Shown: piece by piece, positions 63,187 through 64,000 of the stretch
Layout: the number at the start of each line of letters is the position of its first letter
How positions within the stretch are numbered: the stretch's first letter is position 1
NCBI GenBank assembly: GCA_031261085.1
Contig: JAISKB010000018.1
Location: 14,409 to 78,408, forward strand
Source: Christensenellaceae bacterium
GTDB taxonomy: Bacteria; Bacillota; Clostridia; Christensenellales; CAG-138
Reading direction: 5' to 3'
DNA: 64,000 bases
Notes under the pieces: model-generated
The model's database searches: none
Seen by the model: only the letters and a program-made list of their open reading frames with translations
What the model was told of the DNA's origin: nothing
Made by a program: the position numbers and the translations under genes

Positions 63187-64000
63187 ATGAAGAAGCTGAG
63201 CAAAAATAATGTATGGATGCTGATAGCCTTCGCCGTGGCTGTCATATTGCCAAACACAACAAAGTCTTCAAGCGTACTTCAAATTATGGTTGTTACCATG
63301 ATGTACGCATTTTTTACAACGGCCTGGAATATCAGCGGCGGTTATGCGGGCCAGCTTGGCCTTGGTAATGGCGTATATATTGGAATTGGTGCTTATATAA
63401 CAGGAATATTGTTCAATGAACTGCATGTTTCGCCATGGTTTGGGTTACTGGCTGGAGGCGTTTTTGCAGCGATTATATCTTTGGGTATGGGCTCCTTTAC
63501 ATTCAAACTCCAAGGCACATACTATTCTCTCGCAACGGTAGCTTTGCTGGCGATATTGCGAATATTTCTAAATGAAAACAGGTATATTATGGGCTGGGAT
63601 TTTGGCGGCCCTGCCGGACTGAAAACGAAATGGTTGGGCGTTTCTTTCCAAAATATGCAATTTATGGATAAACGGATATACTACTACATTGCGTTGGGCT
63701 TTTTAATGATCTCGTTGCTGGCATGCTGGCATACCAGCAGATCCAAATCCGGCTACTACTTCCGTGCAATTGATACAAACCAGGAGGCTGCGGCGTCACT
63801 GGGCGTAAATGTGATGCAGTACAAGCTGCAGGCGCAGTTCATATCCGCACTGCTTATGGGCATGGGCGGTGGCTTTTATGTAGCGTTTTACCAATTTATT
63901 GATACAGAAACCATGTTTAACTTCGAACTATCCTTTCAAACCATGCTGATGGCCGTAATTGGCGGGCGAGCAACGGTATTTGGGCCAGCCGTGGCCGCAT
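63187..64000 (+). CDS. ABC transporter permease, LivM type (3' end outside window)
   Basis: Hand-translated from the ATG at 63187: MKKLSKNNVWMLIAFAVAV...AWNISGGYAGQLGLGNGVYIGIGAY... The frame is open to the window edge. It is absent from the ORF track because no stop codon falls in the window. Confidence 0.8.
   Translation, partial: MKKLSKNNVWMLIAFAVAVILPNTTKSSSVLQIMVVTMMYAFFTTAWNISGGYAGQLGLGNGVYIGIGAYITGILFNELHVSPWFGLLAGGVFAAIISLGMGSFTFKLQGTYYSLATVALLAILRIFLNENRYIMGWDFGGPAGLKTKWLGVSFQNMQFMDKRIYYYIALGFLMISLLACWHTSRSKSGYYFRAIDTNQEAAASLGVNVMQYKLQAQFISALLMGMGGGFYVAFYQFIDTETMFNFELSFQTMLMAVIGGRATVFGPAVAA

Noticed and set aside
50132-64000. Calling the 50-64 kb locus a mobile genomic island.
   Set aside because: No integrase, transposase, conjugation gene or att direct repeat is visible in the window. 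Only the tRNA fragment and the compositional shift hint at acquisition, so it is reported as a finding and not annotated as a mobile element.
1-64000. CRISPR arrays, rRNA genes, toxin-antitoxin pairs, restriction-modification systems or other recognisable defence systems.
   Set aside because: There are no regularly spaced direct repeats, no rRNA-like sequence, and no gene with nuclease, methylase, ATPase-defence or toxin signatures. Every ORF of credible size was assigned to housekeeping or metabolic families.

Overview
This is a GC-rich chromosomal segment that looks like an endospore-forming Firmicutes/Clostridia genome (spoIIGA-sigE and CotF-like coat genes are present). All calls were made by eye from the sequence and the supplied ORF track. 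No searches, folding or GC calculations were run, and hairpin and motif coordinates were hand-derived. Layout: (1) 1-11.3 kb holds a division/cell-wall cluster, mraY-murD-ftsW-murA-ftsQ-ftsA-ftsZ, then asnA and spoIIGA-sigE. (2) 11.4-20.6 kb holds a YoaP-like GNAT, nrdD-nrdG with candidate NrdR boxes, a Fur-family regulator, a double zinc-ribbon gene preceded by an unassigned ~230-nt structured RNA with its own consensus promoter, a TIGR01440 gene, a feoA-feoB fusion and hpf. (3) 20.9-30.5 kb is a minus-strand run of hup, yabN/mazG, ispDF, an S4-domain gene, a PrsA-like gene, mfd, pth and a bPH_2 gene. (4) 30.6-49.6 kb holds proCBA, smr, two coat-like genes, recX, an S58 peptidase, acpS, nnrD, an amidohydrolase, a 5-FCL gene, rsmD-coaD-coiled-coil, a UDG-family gene, a MurJ/SpoVB-like gene, ansA, an MFS gene, VanW, GDPD and DUF4363-DUF421. 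(5) 49.7-50.1 kb holds a tRNA-Arg/His/Gln operon followed by a truncated tRNA 5' fragment. (6) 50.2-64 kb is an accessory-looking metabolic locus. It starts with a GC-rich operon (split transketolase, SucD-type acylating aldehyde dehydrogenase, thiolase-like/DUF35 pair, CoA-disulfide-reductase-like enzyme, VOC protein). A visibly more AT-rich module follows (FSA/transaldolase, ROK regulator, RpiB, Liv-type ABC transporter with an embedded SDR). The two modules share TTAATTAA-core palindromes at their promoters. I saw no rRNA, CRISPR array, transposase, integrase or recognisable defence genes. The best candidates for something undescribed are the 50-64 kb locus and the orphan structured RNA at 16.25-16.48 kb.
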